From an uncultured Acidobacteriota bacterium (GTDB lineage Bacteria; Acidobacteriota; Thermoanaerobaculia; Multivoradales; JAHEKO01), in NCBI GenBank assembly GCA_963713825.1, contig CAVQNG010000014.1, positions 32,001-96,000 on the forward strand: a stretch of 64,000 nucleotides of DNA, in the 5' to 3' direction. The notes under the pieces are model-generated. The model did no database searches. It had not been told where the DNA came from and was given only the letters and a program-made list of their open reading frames with translations. Below, in pieces: positions 19,458-30,400 of this stretch; within the stretch, counting starts at the first letter, position 1; every line of letters begins with the position of its first letter. A program made the translations under genes and the position numbers.

Positions 19458-21265
19458 CGATTGACCACTGGCAGGGTGATTCGCGAAGGGTATCGCGCGT
19501 CGTGATGGATACTGACCACGGCCGATCGCAGGTCCTTCGAGTTGGTCTCCAGCTCTCCACTGTGCAGATTGCGGGAGAAGTGAGGCGCAAAAGCCGTGGA
19601 GATCTGCACCCGGATCCGATGGCCCTCGCGAAACAGGTTGCTGGTCATGAGATTGGGCAGCTCGAGTCGATACACGGTGTCGGACTCCAGGAGTTGACGC
19701 CCTCTGTCGAGATCTCGATAGCTGGCCCTCAGGACATCCAGGCCCGGACTCATGAGGTTGAAGGCGCTGCCGTCGGGAGCGACGTCGAGCAGGCGAACCC
19801 AGAGATCCGTGTCGGGGCAATCGCACGACAGATAGATCTCCGCCGTGATCGGGCCGCTGACCTCCAGGTCCTGCTCCAGGGGTTCTGAGTCGAAAACCGC
19901 GACGCCCTCGGTCCCGGCGAGCTCGCGATAGTCGTGTGGTCCGAAGACCACATAGGGATCGGTAACGGGTTTTGCGGGGTCGGAGTCCAAACGGCTTGCT
20001 GCCGACTCGGAAAGTGGGGGACTCGAGGATAGAGATCCGCCGGTAAGCGCCGAGCCGCTGGCTGACAGGTAGAGTGTCATGGATTCGGAGCCCGATGGTG
20101 GCCAGTGATCCTCGGTGCGCCACCGATTCTCAGCCATCACGAATATGCGAACTGGTGGCTCGGAGTCGACGCCGTTGTCGAGGCCTTTCAGGTAGTGGTC
20201 CATCCAGCCCAGGACCAATTCGTCGTAATCGATGGCAGCGGTAGGGCCGAAGTCGAGGTCTCCTGTCGTGCGCTGCTCTGTCGAGTTCACCCCATGGATC
20301 CACGGCCCCAGAACCAGGGCTGTGCGGGTGTCGGACTCGTTCTTCCTGGAGTCGATCAAGCCGTTGAAGTTGGTCGCTGCTCCCTCGGGTCCGTAGGCTT
20401 CGTCGTACCAGCCGGAGAGATTGAGCACTGCGGCCGAAACCTGGTCGTAGTGGCCTCGGATCTCTGTCCAGTCCCACCAGGGATCGTCGGGAGGGTGTTC
20501 CAGCCACTCGAAGTAGAAGGGGGCCGCCTCCCGAAGCTCGTCGAGACTGTCGAGAGGGAGGCGGGTGCGCATCTCACTGCCGTTCGCTTCCCAATCGGCA
20601 TTGGCCTCCTCTGCAGTCTTGGCTCCGCGCAGCTTCTTCTTCCGTCGAGTATCCGGCGCAATGCTGTTGTGGACCCAGGGAATCCATGAAGCGTCGAAGA
20701 CACCCCCGGAATAGAAAAAATTGCGCGGCGTCGAGAAGGTCATCGCTGGCACCATGGCCTTCAGGTGGGGTGGGTCTTCGAGAGCGGCAAGCCACTGAAC
20801 CGCGCCAGGATAGGAAAGACCGAAGGTGCCGACGGAGCCGTTGGACCAGGGCTGTGCAGCCGCCCACTCGATGGTGTCGTAGCCATCACGCCCTTCATTT
20901 CTGTAGGGATCGAACTCCCCGTCCGATTCGTATCGTCCTCGGACATCCTGGAGCACCACGGCATAACCGCGCTCGACGGCGCGGATATGGGTGTCGTACC
21001 ACTCCTCGGTTGCGTCCTTTCCATACGGAGTGCGATACACGAGGACAGGGAACGGACCACCGCCGGGGGGCTTCCAGACATTGGCCCGTAGGATCACACC
21101 ATCCCGCATGGGAATGGCGACATTCCGCTCGACGTCCACCGATGTGGTGTCGTTGGAGGCAGACTCGTTTACCCCACATCCGAGCACGAGAACAGGGATG
21201 ATGAAGGCCAGCAGCCAAATCAGCCTGCCGAGGCGACGATTCGGGCCTTGGATTCTCAGACTCAT
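19439..21265 (-). CDS. CocE/NonD family (S15) serine hydrolase, probable lipoprotein
   Basis: Start MSLRIQ at 21265; lipobox VLGC; MRDGV.L, RTPYGK, QDVRGR..SDG, GLSYPG nucleophile, GWYD, GPWIH. Confidence 0.9.
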   Translation of the reverse strand: MSLRIQGPNRRLGRLIWLLAFIIPVLVLGCGVNESASNDTTSVDVERNVAIPMRDGVILRANVWKPPGGGPFPVLVYRTPYGKDATEEWYDTHIRAVERGYAVVLQDVRGRYESDGEFDPYRNEGRDGYDTIEWAAAQPWSNGSVGTFGLSYPGAVQWLAALEDPPHLKAMVPAMTFSTPRNFFYSGGVFDASWIPWVHNSIAPDTRRKKKLRGAKTAEEANADWEANGSEMRTRLPLDSLDELREAAPFYFEWLEHPPDDPWWDWTEIRGHYDQVSAAVLNLSGWYDEAYGPEGAATNFNGLIDSRKNESDTRTALVLGPWIHGVNSTEQRTTGDLDFGPTAAIDYDELVLGWMDHYLKGLDNGVDSEPPVRIFVMAENRWRTEDHWPPSGSESMTLYLSASGSALTGGSLSSSPPLSESAASRLDSDPAKPVTDPYVVFGPHDYRELAGTEGVAVFDSEPLEQDLEVSGPITAEIYLSCDCPDTDLWVRLLDVAPDGSAFNLMSPGLDVLRASYRDLDRGRQLLESDTVYRLELPNLMTSNLFREGHRIRVQISTAFAPHFSRNLHSGELETNSKDLRSAVVSIHHDARYPSRITLPVVNRQSAPE

Positions 21266-21312
21266 AGACGAGCCGGCGAGCAAAGCAGCGTCGCTCTCCG
21301 GCAGAACTTCCT

Positions 21313-22770
21313 CTATTCCGCTTCCGCCTCCAAGATATCGGCGGGCACCGGAGGTGGTGCGTCTGGGATGTAGGCCTTGTAGACGGTCCCCTCGGTTCTC
21401 TCGTCGAACTCCTTCTTGATCTCGGCCCGCGCTTCCGGGTTCTCGTAGAGATCGACCATGGTGGCAGCCAGTGTCTTGGCGGCGTAGTTCATCCCCTTGT
21501 GTCCGATGGACGTACGCCCGGCCGCAACGACCGGCCATGCGTGCCAGGGCGCTTCGAAGGCCGCGGTGGTCACCGAGAAGTGCAGGGTGGGCACTCTCCA
21601 GCTCACGTCGGCTACGTCGGTGGAGCCTCCCTCCGGCAGTCCGGGTTCCAGGTCGAGGGGCTTGATCTCTCCCTTGAGACCGACGGGCTCCTTGCCGGTC
21701 TCGCGCTGGATCGTCTTGGCGAATTCCTGCTCCTCGGCGGTGAACTCCAAGGGGCCCAGCCAGGTGAAGTTATCCTGAACGATCTTGGAGCCCGCGAAGC
21801 TGGGCACCATCTCCCAGTCGCCGGCCTGTAGAGTGAATGTACTTTGAGTGCCGCTAGCCAGCGCGGCACCTTCGGCTATGGCCTGCGCGCGTTCCAGGAG
21901 ATCGTTGACGCCGGTGTGATCGGTGTCGCGCACCCAGCACCAGATCTTGGCGTAGTCGGGTACGACGTTGGGAACGTTGCCACCATCCGTGATCACGTAG
22001 TGAATCCGAGCCGTCGGCTTGATGTGCTCACGCATGAGATTGATGCCATGCGTGAAGAGCTCGATCGCGTCCAGGGAGCTGCGGCCGTTCCAGGGGTCGG
22101 CCGAGGCATGAGCAGTCTTACCCTTGAACTCGACGATGAAGTCGGCCAGAGCCTTGCTGCTGTCGGTGTCAGCAGAGATCTCGTCTGATGGATGCCAGGC
22201 CAGGGCTACGTCCACATCGTCGAACAAACCGGCTCGAACCATGTAGACCTTGCCGCCGACGGACTCTTCGGCCGGCGTGCCGTAGAACCGGACAGTCCCT
22301 TCCAGCTCACCCGCGGCGATGAGGTCCTTGATAGCGACGGCTGCGGCGAGGCTGGCCGTGCCGAAGAGATTGTGCCCACAGCCATGCCCCGCGGCTCCCT
22401 CCTCAAAGGGCTCCTGCGTCGGCTGGGCCTTTTGTGAGATGCCTGGTAGTGCGTCGTACTCACCCATGACGCCGATCACCGGCTTCCCCTTGCCGTAGGT
22501 CGCAACGAAAGCGGTCGGCATTTCCGCCACACCACGCTCGACCTCGAATCCCTGGGCTTCGGCATAGTCGGCCAACACGGCGGCCGACTGGACTTCGCGA
22601 AGCGCGGTTTCGGCGTAGGCCCAGATCTGGTCCGCCATCTCGATCATCTCGGGTTGCTGATTGTCGATCGACGCCACGGCGGCCTGCTTGGCCTCGCTGG
22701 CGGCCTCTGTCGGCGCTGATACGGCCATCAGAAGGAGGGGCAGGATCAGGATGGTGAGGATTTTCTTCAT
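21313..22770 (-). CDS. Secreted M20 amidohydrolase (AbgB-like)
   Basis: Signal peptide MKKILTIL; GEYDALPG, GHGCGHN, GTPAEE, WHP, GSTDVADVSW. Confidence 0.9.
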   Translation of the reverse strand: MKKILTILILPLLLMAVSAPTEAASEAKQAAVASIDNQQPEMIEMADQIWAYAETALREVQSAAVLADYAEAQGFEVERGVAEMPTAFVATYGKGKPVIGVMGEYDALPGISQKAQPTQEPFEEGAAGHGCGHNLFGTASLAAAVAIKDLIAAGELEGTVRFYGTPAEESVGGKVYMVRAGLFDDVDVALAWHPSDEISADTDSSKALADFIVEFKGKTAHASADPWNGRSSLDAIELFTHGINLMREHIKPTARIHYVITDGGNVPNVVPDYAKIWCWVRDTDHTGVNDLLERAQAIAEGAALASGTQSTFTLQAGDWEMVPSFAGSKIVQDNFTWLGPLEFTAEEQEFAKTIQRETGKEPVGLKGEIKPLDLEPGLPEGGSTDVADVSWRVPTLHFSVTTAAFEAPWHAWPVVAAGRTSIGHKGMNYAAKTLAATMVDLYENPEARAEIKKEFDERTEGTVYKAYIPDAPPPVPADILEAEAE

Positions 22771-24827
22771 GAGTCGTCTCCATTCAGGTACTTGTCGAAC
22801 CATGCCAGATAGCGCTCGTAGAGATCCTTGTTGTACGAAGGTGTACCGATGCCGTGATACTCACCGGGATAGACAACCAGCTCGGTGGGGACTCCCAGTC
22901 TCTTGAGCGCCAGGTAGAGCTGCTCCGAGTTGATGATCGGCACGTTCCAGTCCTTTTCGCCACCGAGAATCAGGGTCGGGGTCACGACGTTCTCTACCTC
23001 GTTGAAGGGCGACATCCTCTCGTAGAGCTCGCGGGCCTCGGGCTCCCAGGGAAAACCGAGCTCGTACTCCCACCATCGCTGGTAGTGATCGTGGCCGTAG
23101 TTGACCACATAGAGAGTGGCGCTCGCGCCCGTAGCGGCGGCCTTGAAGCGATCGGTCTTGGTGATGATGTGGTTGGTTAGCATTCCGCCGTAGGACCATC
23201 CGCCCACCGCGAGGCGTTCGGGATCGGCCCAGCCCCGTTCGATGACCGTGTCGACCGCCGCCATCACGTCCTCGTAGTCTGGGCCACCCCAGTCCCGCCA
23301 GATCGCGAGACAGAACTCCTGTCCGTAGCCTGTCGAGCCCCTCGGATTGGGCATCACCACAACGTAGCCGTTGGCAGCGAAGAGCTGCTGCTCGAAGCTG
23401 AAGCTGAAGTCGTACTGGGCTTGTGGGCCGCCGTGAATCCTCAGAACCGCGGGGTAGCGTTGGCCCTCCTCGAAGCCCGGTGGTCTGACGACGAAGCTCT
23501 CGATCTCGGTGCCGTCTTTGCTCTGAAAGCGGATCTTCTCTACCTCACCCAGCTCAATGCCGGCCAGCAGCTCGGCATTGGTCTTGGACAGTTGCTCGAG
23601 CACTCCATCTTCGAAGAGGAAGATCTCGTCCGGCAGGTGCGGATTGCTGATTCGAGCAGCAATCACGCCGTCGGATCCAAAGTCGAAGGCGCCGACGATA
23701 TGGCGGCTCTGGATCAGCCGCTCCACCGGTCCACCCTCGGCCGAGATCCGCGCCAGGTTCTGCTCTCCACTGTCCTCGAGTAGGAAGTAGACCGCGTTCT
23801 CGTGGGGAGAGAATCGGGGGCTGTAGACCATCCGGTCCAGCTCTCGGGTCAGTACCTTGCTGTTATCTCCACTCGAGGAGGAAACGGCCAGATGGTTCGT
23901 GCCATAGAGAGTGCGCGCCTTGGTTTCGATGTTCGAGGTGTGGGCGATCAGCTTGCCGTCGGGACTCCAGCTGGGCGATGCATCCGGACCAGGGTTCTCG
24001 GTAATCTGCAGCAGCTCGGCACCTTTGTCGGTGTTGCTCGCGGAGACCACCCAGATATCGGTGTTGTAGTTGGAGTCCGGAGCCTCGGTTCGGTTGCTGG
24101 TGAAGGCGATCCGGCTGCCGTCGGGTGACCAGGCGGGCTGCGAGTCGTCGAAGTCTCCCGAGGTGATCTGGGTCGTCTCCTTCTTCTCCAGATCGAAGAC
24201 ATAGAGATGATCGCGGCGACTGTCCAGGTAGCCGACATAGTCCTGCTTGAACTGCTGGCGCGTCACGACCCAGGGCGGTGGAGTCTTCTTTTCGTAGTCG
24301 TCACCTTTCTCGTGAGCTTCCAGCTCCTCGGGCTTGGGATCCTTCAGCACGAGGACAAGCCTCTTGCTGTCGGGGGCCCACTCGAAGGAGCCAACGTCCT
24401 GTGCGGTATCCGTGACCTGCACACCCTCGCCTCCCTCGCGGAACAGGGTCCAGACCTGGGTCTTGCCTTCATCGCGGGCAGAAAGAAAGGCGAGGTACGT
24501 GCCGTCCGGGCTCCATCTGGGGCGCGAGGACGAGACGCTCTCACTCGTCAGAGGCTTGGCGTTGCCGCCGGTGCTCGGCACCATCCAGATCCGGGTGTTG
24601 GACTTGTCTTCCTCGAGATCCTGGGTCGTCACCGTGTAGGCGATCCATGTGCCATCCGGTGACATCTGGGGATCGCCGACGTCGCCGATCCGAAAGTAGT
24701 CGTCGACCTCGAGAGGCCGAGGCTCAGTGGTTTTGCCAGCAGCTGTCTCTGCGGCCAGAGCAACCGCTCCGCTACCGGCCAGCAGAAGCAGAACGAGCGA
24801 CAGAACGACCTTGGTTGTGGTCTTCAT
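22767..24827 (-). CDS. Secreted S9 family prolyl oligo/aminoacyl peptidase
   Basis: Signal peptide from ATG 24827; WSPDG repeats; IHGGP, NPRGSTGYG, GWSYGG, GE.D, EYH. Confidence 0.92.
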   Translation of the reverse strand: MKTTTKVVLSLVLLLLAGSGAVALAAETAAGKTTEPRPLEVDDYFRIGDVGDPQMSPDGTWIAYTVTTQDLEEDKSNTRIWMVPSTGGNAKPLTSESVSSSRPRWSPDGTYLAFLSARDEGKTQVWTLFREGGEGVQVTDTAQDVGSFEWAPDSKRLVLVLKDPKPEELEAHEKGDDYEKKTPPPWVVTRQQFKQDYVGYLDSRRDHLYVFDLEKKETTQITSGDFDDSQPAWSPDGSRIAFTSNRTEAPDSNYNTDIWVVSASNTDKGAELLQITENPGPDASPSWSPDGKLIAHTSNIETKARTLYGTNHLAVSSSSGDNSKVLTRELDRMVYSPRFSPHENAVYFLLEDSGEQNLARISAEGGPVERLIQSRHIVGAFDFGSDGVIAARISNPHLPDEIFLFEDGVLEQLSKTNAELLAGIELGEVEKIRFQSKDGTEIESFVVRPPGFEEGQRYPAVLRIHGGPQAQYDFSFSFEQQLFAANGYVVVMPNPRGSTGYGQEFCLAIWRDWGGPDYEDVMAAVDTVIERGWADPERLAVGGWSYGGMLTNHIITKTDRFKAAATGASATLYVVNYGHDHYQRWWEYELGFPWEPEARELYERMSPFNEVENVVTPTLILGGEKDWNVPIINSEQLYLALKRLGVPTELVVYPGEYHGIGTPSYNKDLYERYLAWFDKYLNGDDS

Positions 24828-24892
24828 CAGAATTCCCCCCTGTGTAGCGCCCAACCTCGAAGAACCGCAGGGTGGGCGAGAGCTCCAGACCT

Positions 24893-25924
24893 TCAAACCT
24901 CCAGAACGATCTTGCCGAACTGCTCGCCACTCTCGAGACGGTCGAGCGCCGCTTCGGCCTCGCTCAGCGGCCACGTCGAGTCGATCACCGGTTCCAGAGA
25001 ATGGCCCTCGACTGCTGAGAGCATGTCGCGGAAGTCCTTGTCCGAGCCCATCGTGGAGCCGAGAATCGAGATCTGCCGCCAGAAGACCTCGCGAATGTTC
25101 ACGACCCCGTCGGCTCCGGTTGTTGCACCACACGCCACCACGCGGCCGCCATTGCGTGCCGCCGCGACGCTGGAAGGCCAGGTGGCCGCGCCGACAGTGT
25201 CGATCACGAGGTCAACCCCCCGGCCGTCGGTGAACTTGCGGACTATCCCAGCCACCTCGTCCTGATCACGGTAGTTGATCCCAAGAAGGGCTCCCAACTC
25301 ATCGGCGCGCTGAAGCTTCTCGTCCGAGCTGGAGGTCACAATGACTTTGGCATCCAGCAGCCGTGCCAGTTGGAGCGATGCGAGGGCCGCGCCGCCGCCT
25401 ATGCCGTGAATCAGAACCGAGTCACCCATCCGCAGATCGCCGCGCGTCATGAGCATCCGCCACGCGGTCACATGATCCAGGCAGAGTGCAGCCGCCTGCA
25501 CGAAGGAGAGGTGAGTCGGCTTCGGGTGGAGATTTGCAGCGGGCACGACGATCTTCTCGGCGTAGGTCCCAGGGATTCCTCGGCCCACCAGGTCGAAGCG
25601 AGGGCACTCGCTCTGCTGTCCACGCATGCAGAATTCACACTCGCCGCAGCCCAGTCCGGGGTTCAGAACCACCTCGGCGCCGACCTCGAGAGTGTCCACC
25701 TCCGGACCTAGAGCCGAAACGACGCCGGCCGCGTCGGAGCCGATGATCTGAGGCTCGGCCTCCGGGTTCGCTGCGTGGTGGGCTCGGGCGTAGAGATCCA
25801 GGTGATTCAGCGCCGCGGCGCGTATCTCGAGAAGAGCTTCGCCGGGGCCTGGAACGGGGTCAGGAATCGATTCGACCGACATTACGGTCTGCGAGTCCTG
25901 TTTGACGAGCGTCGAGGCCAACAT
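24893..25924 (-). CDS. Zinc-binding alcohol dehydrogenase / MDR family oxidoreductase
   Basis: AAALNHLD, GSDAAGVV, CGECEFC...C structural Zn site, GIGGG, ILGSTMG, GKIVL. Start could be 25945. Confidence 0.88.
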   Translation of the reverse strand: MLASTLVKQDSQTVMSVESIPDPVPGPGEALLEIRAAALNHLDLYARAHHAANPEAEPQIIGSDAAGVVSALGPEVDTLEVGAEVVLNPGLGCGECEFCMRGQQSECPRFDLVGRGIPGTYAEKIVVPAANLHPKPTHLSFVQAAALCLDHVTAWRMLMTRGDLRMGDSVLIHGIGGGAALASLQLARLLDAKVIVTSSSDEKLQRADELGALLGINYRDQDEVAGIVRKFTDGRGVDLVIDTVGAATWPSSVAAARNGGRVVACGATTGADGVVNIREVFWRQISILGSTMGSDKDFRDMLSAVEGHSLEPVIDSTWPLSEAEAALDRLESGEQFGKIVLEV

Positions 25925-26136
25925 GTGCGAAGCAGAATACCGCATATTCACTGGAAAAGAACTGGTTTCGCTCGACGCAGAAGGAATCCTGTATGCTCGC
26001 CCTACTGATCGCCGCCAGGAGCGCAACATCGGGCCCGGAGACACGTAGTAACAAGTCAACAGGGGTAGACTTGCGGGCTGGCAGGCGCCAGGAGGGGCGA
26101 GCCTGCGCCCTGATCGACGAAAAAGAGAGGAAATTC

Positions 26137-27330
26137 ATGAGGTTTCTTGCATCCGGAATGCGACTCCTGCTCGTGCTTTGCCTATTGCTGTCGCTAGGAC
26201 TCACGACTGCCTGCAACCGGTCGGACGATGCTGGCGGCGGCGACGAAACCGAGGCGGTGGACGGCGACTCGGACTCGAACGAGGACCGGGACTCCAAGAA
26301 GAGCAAGAAGAAGGACAAGAACGGCGAAGAAGAGGAGGGTGACGAGGAAGAGGCCGTACCGATCGAGGTGGTCGCCCTGGAGCGCGGCAAGATCGAGTCG
26401 CTGCTGCGTTTCTCGACGAATCTAGAGGCCGAGAACGAGGTCCAGGTCTTCTCCGAAGCCGAGCGCAAGGTCACTCGACTGCTGGTAGAGGAGGGTGACG
26501 ATGTCAAGAAGGGCCAACTGCTCGTCAGCCTTCAGGATGAAGCTCAGCGCACCGAGGTGGCGCGGGTAGAAAGTCAGCTTGCCAAGGCCAAACGGGAATA
26601 CGAGCGGCAGACCAACCTGTGGGAGCAGAAGCTGATCAGCGAAGAGACCTATACCGAAGCGACCCATACTCTGGAGCAGCTGGAACTGGCTCTGCGGGAC
26701 GCCAAGCGAGAACTCGCCTATACAGAAGTGAGAGCCCCGATCAAGGGAACGATTACCGAGCGGTTCGTAAACGTCGGCGACCAGGTGACGGTCAATCAGC
26801 ATCTGTTCGATATCGTCGATTTCGATTCCATCGTCGCCCGGGTGTACGTACCCGAGAAGGAGCTGCATCGACTGAAGCCGGGCCAGGTGGCACGTCTTTT
26901 TGCCGAGGCTGCGGGGGCCGAAGCGCGAGCCGGGGCGGTCGACCGCCTGGCTCCTCGAGTCGATCCCAAGAGTGGCACGGTCAAGGTAACCGTGGCGATC
27001 CCACGCGGTGAGAATCTTCTTCCTGGCATGTACGTCACTGTCGAGCTCATCACCGAGGTTCATGAGGACGCCGTGTTGGTGCCCAAGAAAGCCTTGGTCT
27101 ACGACGCCGACCAGATCTTCGTGTTTCGCATGAAAGACGACGAGACCGTAGAGAGACTGCTGATCCAGGCTGCCCTTCAGGACAGGGACAACATCGAGCC
27201 GGCCGGCATCCTCGAAGCCGGCGACCGAGTGGTCGTCGGCGGCCAGTCGAGCCTCAAGGATGGCTCGATGGTGAGGCTGGTCGGAGCCGACCGACCGGAA
27301 GAAGAAGGTGCGGAAGAGGAGGCTAGCTAG
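26137..27330 (+). CDS. RND efflux periplasmic adaptor (MFP), lipoprotein
   Basis: Lipobox TTAC, acidic linker, VEEGDDVKKGQLL, VRAPIKG, LLPGMYV, VPK.A. Confidence 0.92.
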   Translation: MRFLASGMRLLLVLCLLLSLGLTTACNRSDDAGGGDETEAVDGDSDSNEDRDSKKSKKKDKNGEEEEGDEEEAVPIEVVALERGKIESLLRFSTNLEAENEVQVFSEAERKVTRLLVEEGDDVKKGQLLVSLQDEAQRTEVARVESQLAKAKREYERQTNLWEQKLISEETYTEATHTLEQLELALRDAKRELAYTEVRAPIKGTITERFVNVGDQVTVNQHLFDIVDFDSIVARVYVPEKELHRLKPGQVARLFAEAAGAEARAGAVDRLAPRVDPKSGTVKVTVAIPRGENLLPGMYVTVELITEVHEDAVLVPKKALVYDADQIFVFRMKDDETVERLLIQAALQDRDNIEPAGILEAGDRVVVGGQSSLKDGSMVRLVGADRPEEEGAEEEAS

Positions 27331-27337
27331 AAAGAAT

Positions 27338-27470
27338 GCAATGAGGCATTGAGGCAGTGGGGCAGTGAGGCCACGCAAGCTTGAAGCGGCCGGCGCCCCT
27401 GCCGGCCAGACCCCGCAATCTCCATGCCCCTACACCCCCTAAGCCCTTAAGCCCCTAGGCCCCTACGCCC
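27338..27470 (+). repeat. Two degenerate 8-bp tandem arrays around a GC hairpin
   Basis: GCAATGAG GCATTGAG GCAGTGGG GCAGTGAG (27338-27369); GGCCGGC-GCCCCT-GCCGGCC hairpin (27388-27407); about five GCCCCTAN-type units (27426-27466). Confidence 0.6.
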
Positions 27471-30400
27471 ATGACCACCACCGACACCACCAGAACCACC
27501 AACTCCAGCGGCCTTTCCACCTTCACCACGCGACGGCCGGTGGCCATCACCATGGTCTTCGTGGCGGCGGTCGTTTTCGGCTACTTTTCCTACGGTCGGC
27601 TGCCGGTCAACCTCATGCCGGAGCTGTCCTATCCCACGATCACGGTGCGCACGGAGTACCCGGGCACAGCGCCGGAGGAGGTGGAGAATGACATCAGTCG
27701 CCCGGTGGAAGAAGCCCTGGGTGTGGTCGGCGGGCTGCGGCGCATCAGCTCGATTAGCCGCGCCGGAGTGAGTGACGTCGTCCTGGAGTTCACCTGGAAT
27801 ACCTCCATGTCCGAGGCGATCCAGGACTCCCTGGAAAAACTGGACCTGATTCTCTTGCCGCAAGAGACCGAGAGGCCCCTGATCCTGCGGTTCGATCCCT
27901 CGCTGGATCCGGTCATGGAGCTCAGTCTCTCGGGCAGCGGCAATCGCTTCGAAGGTGAGGAGGGCCTGCGGCGCCTACGGCGCATCGCGGATCTGCAGAT
28001 CAAGCGATCCCTGGAACCGATCAAGGGCGTGGCGGCAGTCCGAGTCCGCGGTGGCCTGGAAGAGGAGATCCACGTCCTACTGGACGAGGTGGAGCTGCGT
28101 CGGACGGGCCTGTCGATCCAAACGGTCATCGACCGCCTGGCACAGGAGAACATCAACCTTGCCGGTGGAACCTTGACCGAGGGGCGCACCGAATACATGG
28201 TTCGTACCCTGAACGAGTACGAGAACCTGGGGCAGATCTCCGACACGGTGGTGGCCCGCTACGAGGGCCGGGAAGTCCGCGTGCGAGACATCGGTACCGT
28301 CGTCAGGGCGCACAAGGAGCGTGAGATCCTGACGCGCACCAACGGGATGGAGAGTGTCCAGCTCGACATCTTCAAGGAAGCCGATGCCAATATCGTGGCG
28401 CTGGCGAAGCGGGTGACGGAGGCGCTCGGCGAGTTCGATCTCGAGAAGGCGAAGCTGGAAGCCGAGCAAAAGGCGCAAGGCCAAGAGCAGGAAGACGAGA
28501 AAGAGACCGATAAAGAGGCCGGCTGGTGGCAAAAGAAGGGCAAGAAGAAACCGCCACCGCCGCCGGGGCTGATCGAGCAGGCCTGGCTCAACGAGGGGGC
28601 CGAGCTGACGCTGGTGGCTGACCGCTCGCTGTTCATCGAAAGCAGCATCAAGGAGGTCCGTAATACTGCGATCATCGGTGGGATGCTGGCCGTGTTGGTG
28701 CTCTTTCTTTTCCTCAAGGACCTGCGGACGACCGCCATCATCGCCATCAGCATCCCCATTTCCCTGTTGGTGACCTTCGCCCCGCTCAACATGCTCGGCG
28801 TGAGCCTCAACATCATGTCGCTGGGTGGCCTTGCGCTGGGCATCGGCATGTTGGTCGACTCCTCGATCGTGGTACTGGAGTCCATCTTCCGGTGCCGCGA
28901 GGAAGGCGACGATCTAGAGACAGCTGCCAACAGGGGAACCTCCGAGGTACGAGGCGCGGTCGTCGCCTCGACGCTCACGACCATTGCAGTCTTCTTCCCG
29001 ATGGTCTTCGTGGAGGGTGTTGCTGGGCAGGCTTTCGGCGATCTCGGCTTGGCGGTGGTGATCTCGTTGCTGGCTTCACTGGTTGTCGCTCTTTTCCTGA
29101 TTCCGATGCTGGCCAGCCGCGAAGGCCTGCAATGGACCGAGACCAAGCCTCTCGAGACCCACTGGAGAGAATTTGGGGCCTGGCTCTCCCTGAAGAACGA
29201 TTGGCAACGATTCCGCGCTGCAGGTGCCAAGCCGCGAGGCGCGGTGCGCAAAGTGCTTCGCTGGCTTGCTTATCCCCTGGCGGTTCTTTATCTGCTCTTG
29301 CGCTTTGTGATCGGAGCGGTTCTGGAGGTCATCGGAAAGACGAGTCTGGCCTTCTTTTTCGGCTTGATCTGGCTGGTTCGCAAAGTGATCGCTGCCGCCC
29401 TGGGAGCCGTCTTCGGTGGTCTGGTCTATCTGCCGGTCAAGCTGATGGATACTGCGCTGGAGGGCCTGCGCAGATGGTACCCAGGGGCTCTGAAATGGGC
29501 TCTGCACAACCCCATAACCATGTTCATCCTGGTGTTGGCCTCGCTGGCTGCGACGGTCTGGTTCGCTACCTCGCTTGGTACCGAGCTCCTACCGGAGGTT
29601 CGTCAGGGTGAGTTCACGGTCGAGGTCCAACTCCCTGTCGGGACTCCCATCGAAGCCACAGAAGAGATCGTCACGCCGATCGAAAAGGCGATTCTCGAGG
29701 AGAAGAAGTACATCGAGTCGCTGATGCTCACCGTGGGCTACGATGCGGCCTACTCGAATCGCTCTGACGAAGGGGAGCACACCGCGCGCTTCAAGATCCT
29801 GCTGGAACGGGCTGATCTGCGTCTCGAAGACGAGGTGATCCGTCGATTGCGAGCTCGGTTCGCGGAGATTCCGGACCTCGATGCCCGGGTGACGCGACCG
29901 GTGCTGTTCAGCTTCAAGTCACCCATCGAAGTCGAAGTTCACAGCGACGATCTGGTGCTGCTGCGACAGCAGGCCGGCAGGGCCAAGGAGACCATGGCGG
30001 CGATGCCGCAGCTGGCGGATGTCGAGACGACCCAACGGCGTGGTGCGCCAGAGGTCCAGGTTGTCTACAACCGGGACCTACTCTCCCGCTACGACCTGAA
30101 TCTCTCGCAGGTCGCTCGCTTGGTGAGAGACAAGGTGCAAGGGTTCGAGGCCACCCGCTTCAATCTCAAGGATCGCCGCATCCCCATCGTGGTGCGACTG
30201 AAGATGGAAGACAGGGAGACAGTCGAGGAGGTGGAGGGCATGATCGTCAATCCGGGAGGGGATCGGCCGATTCCCCTTTCGGCGGTGGCGACAGTAGAGC
30301 TCGCCGAAGGCCCGAGTGAAGTGCGCCGCATCGACGGACGTCGCGTCGCTCTGGTGACCGCGAATATTGCTCAGGGTTCGTTGGGTGGGGCCGTCGGGGC

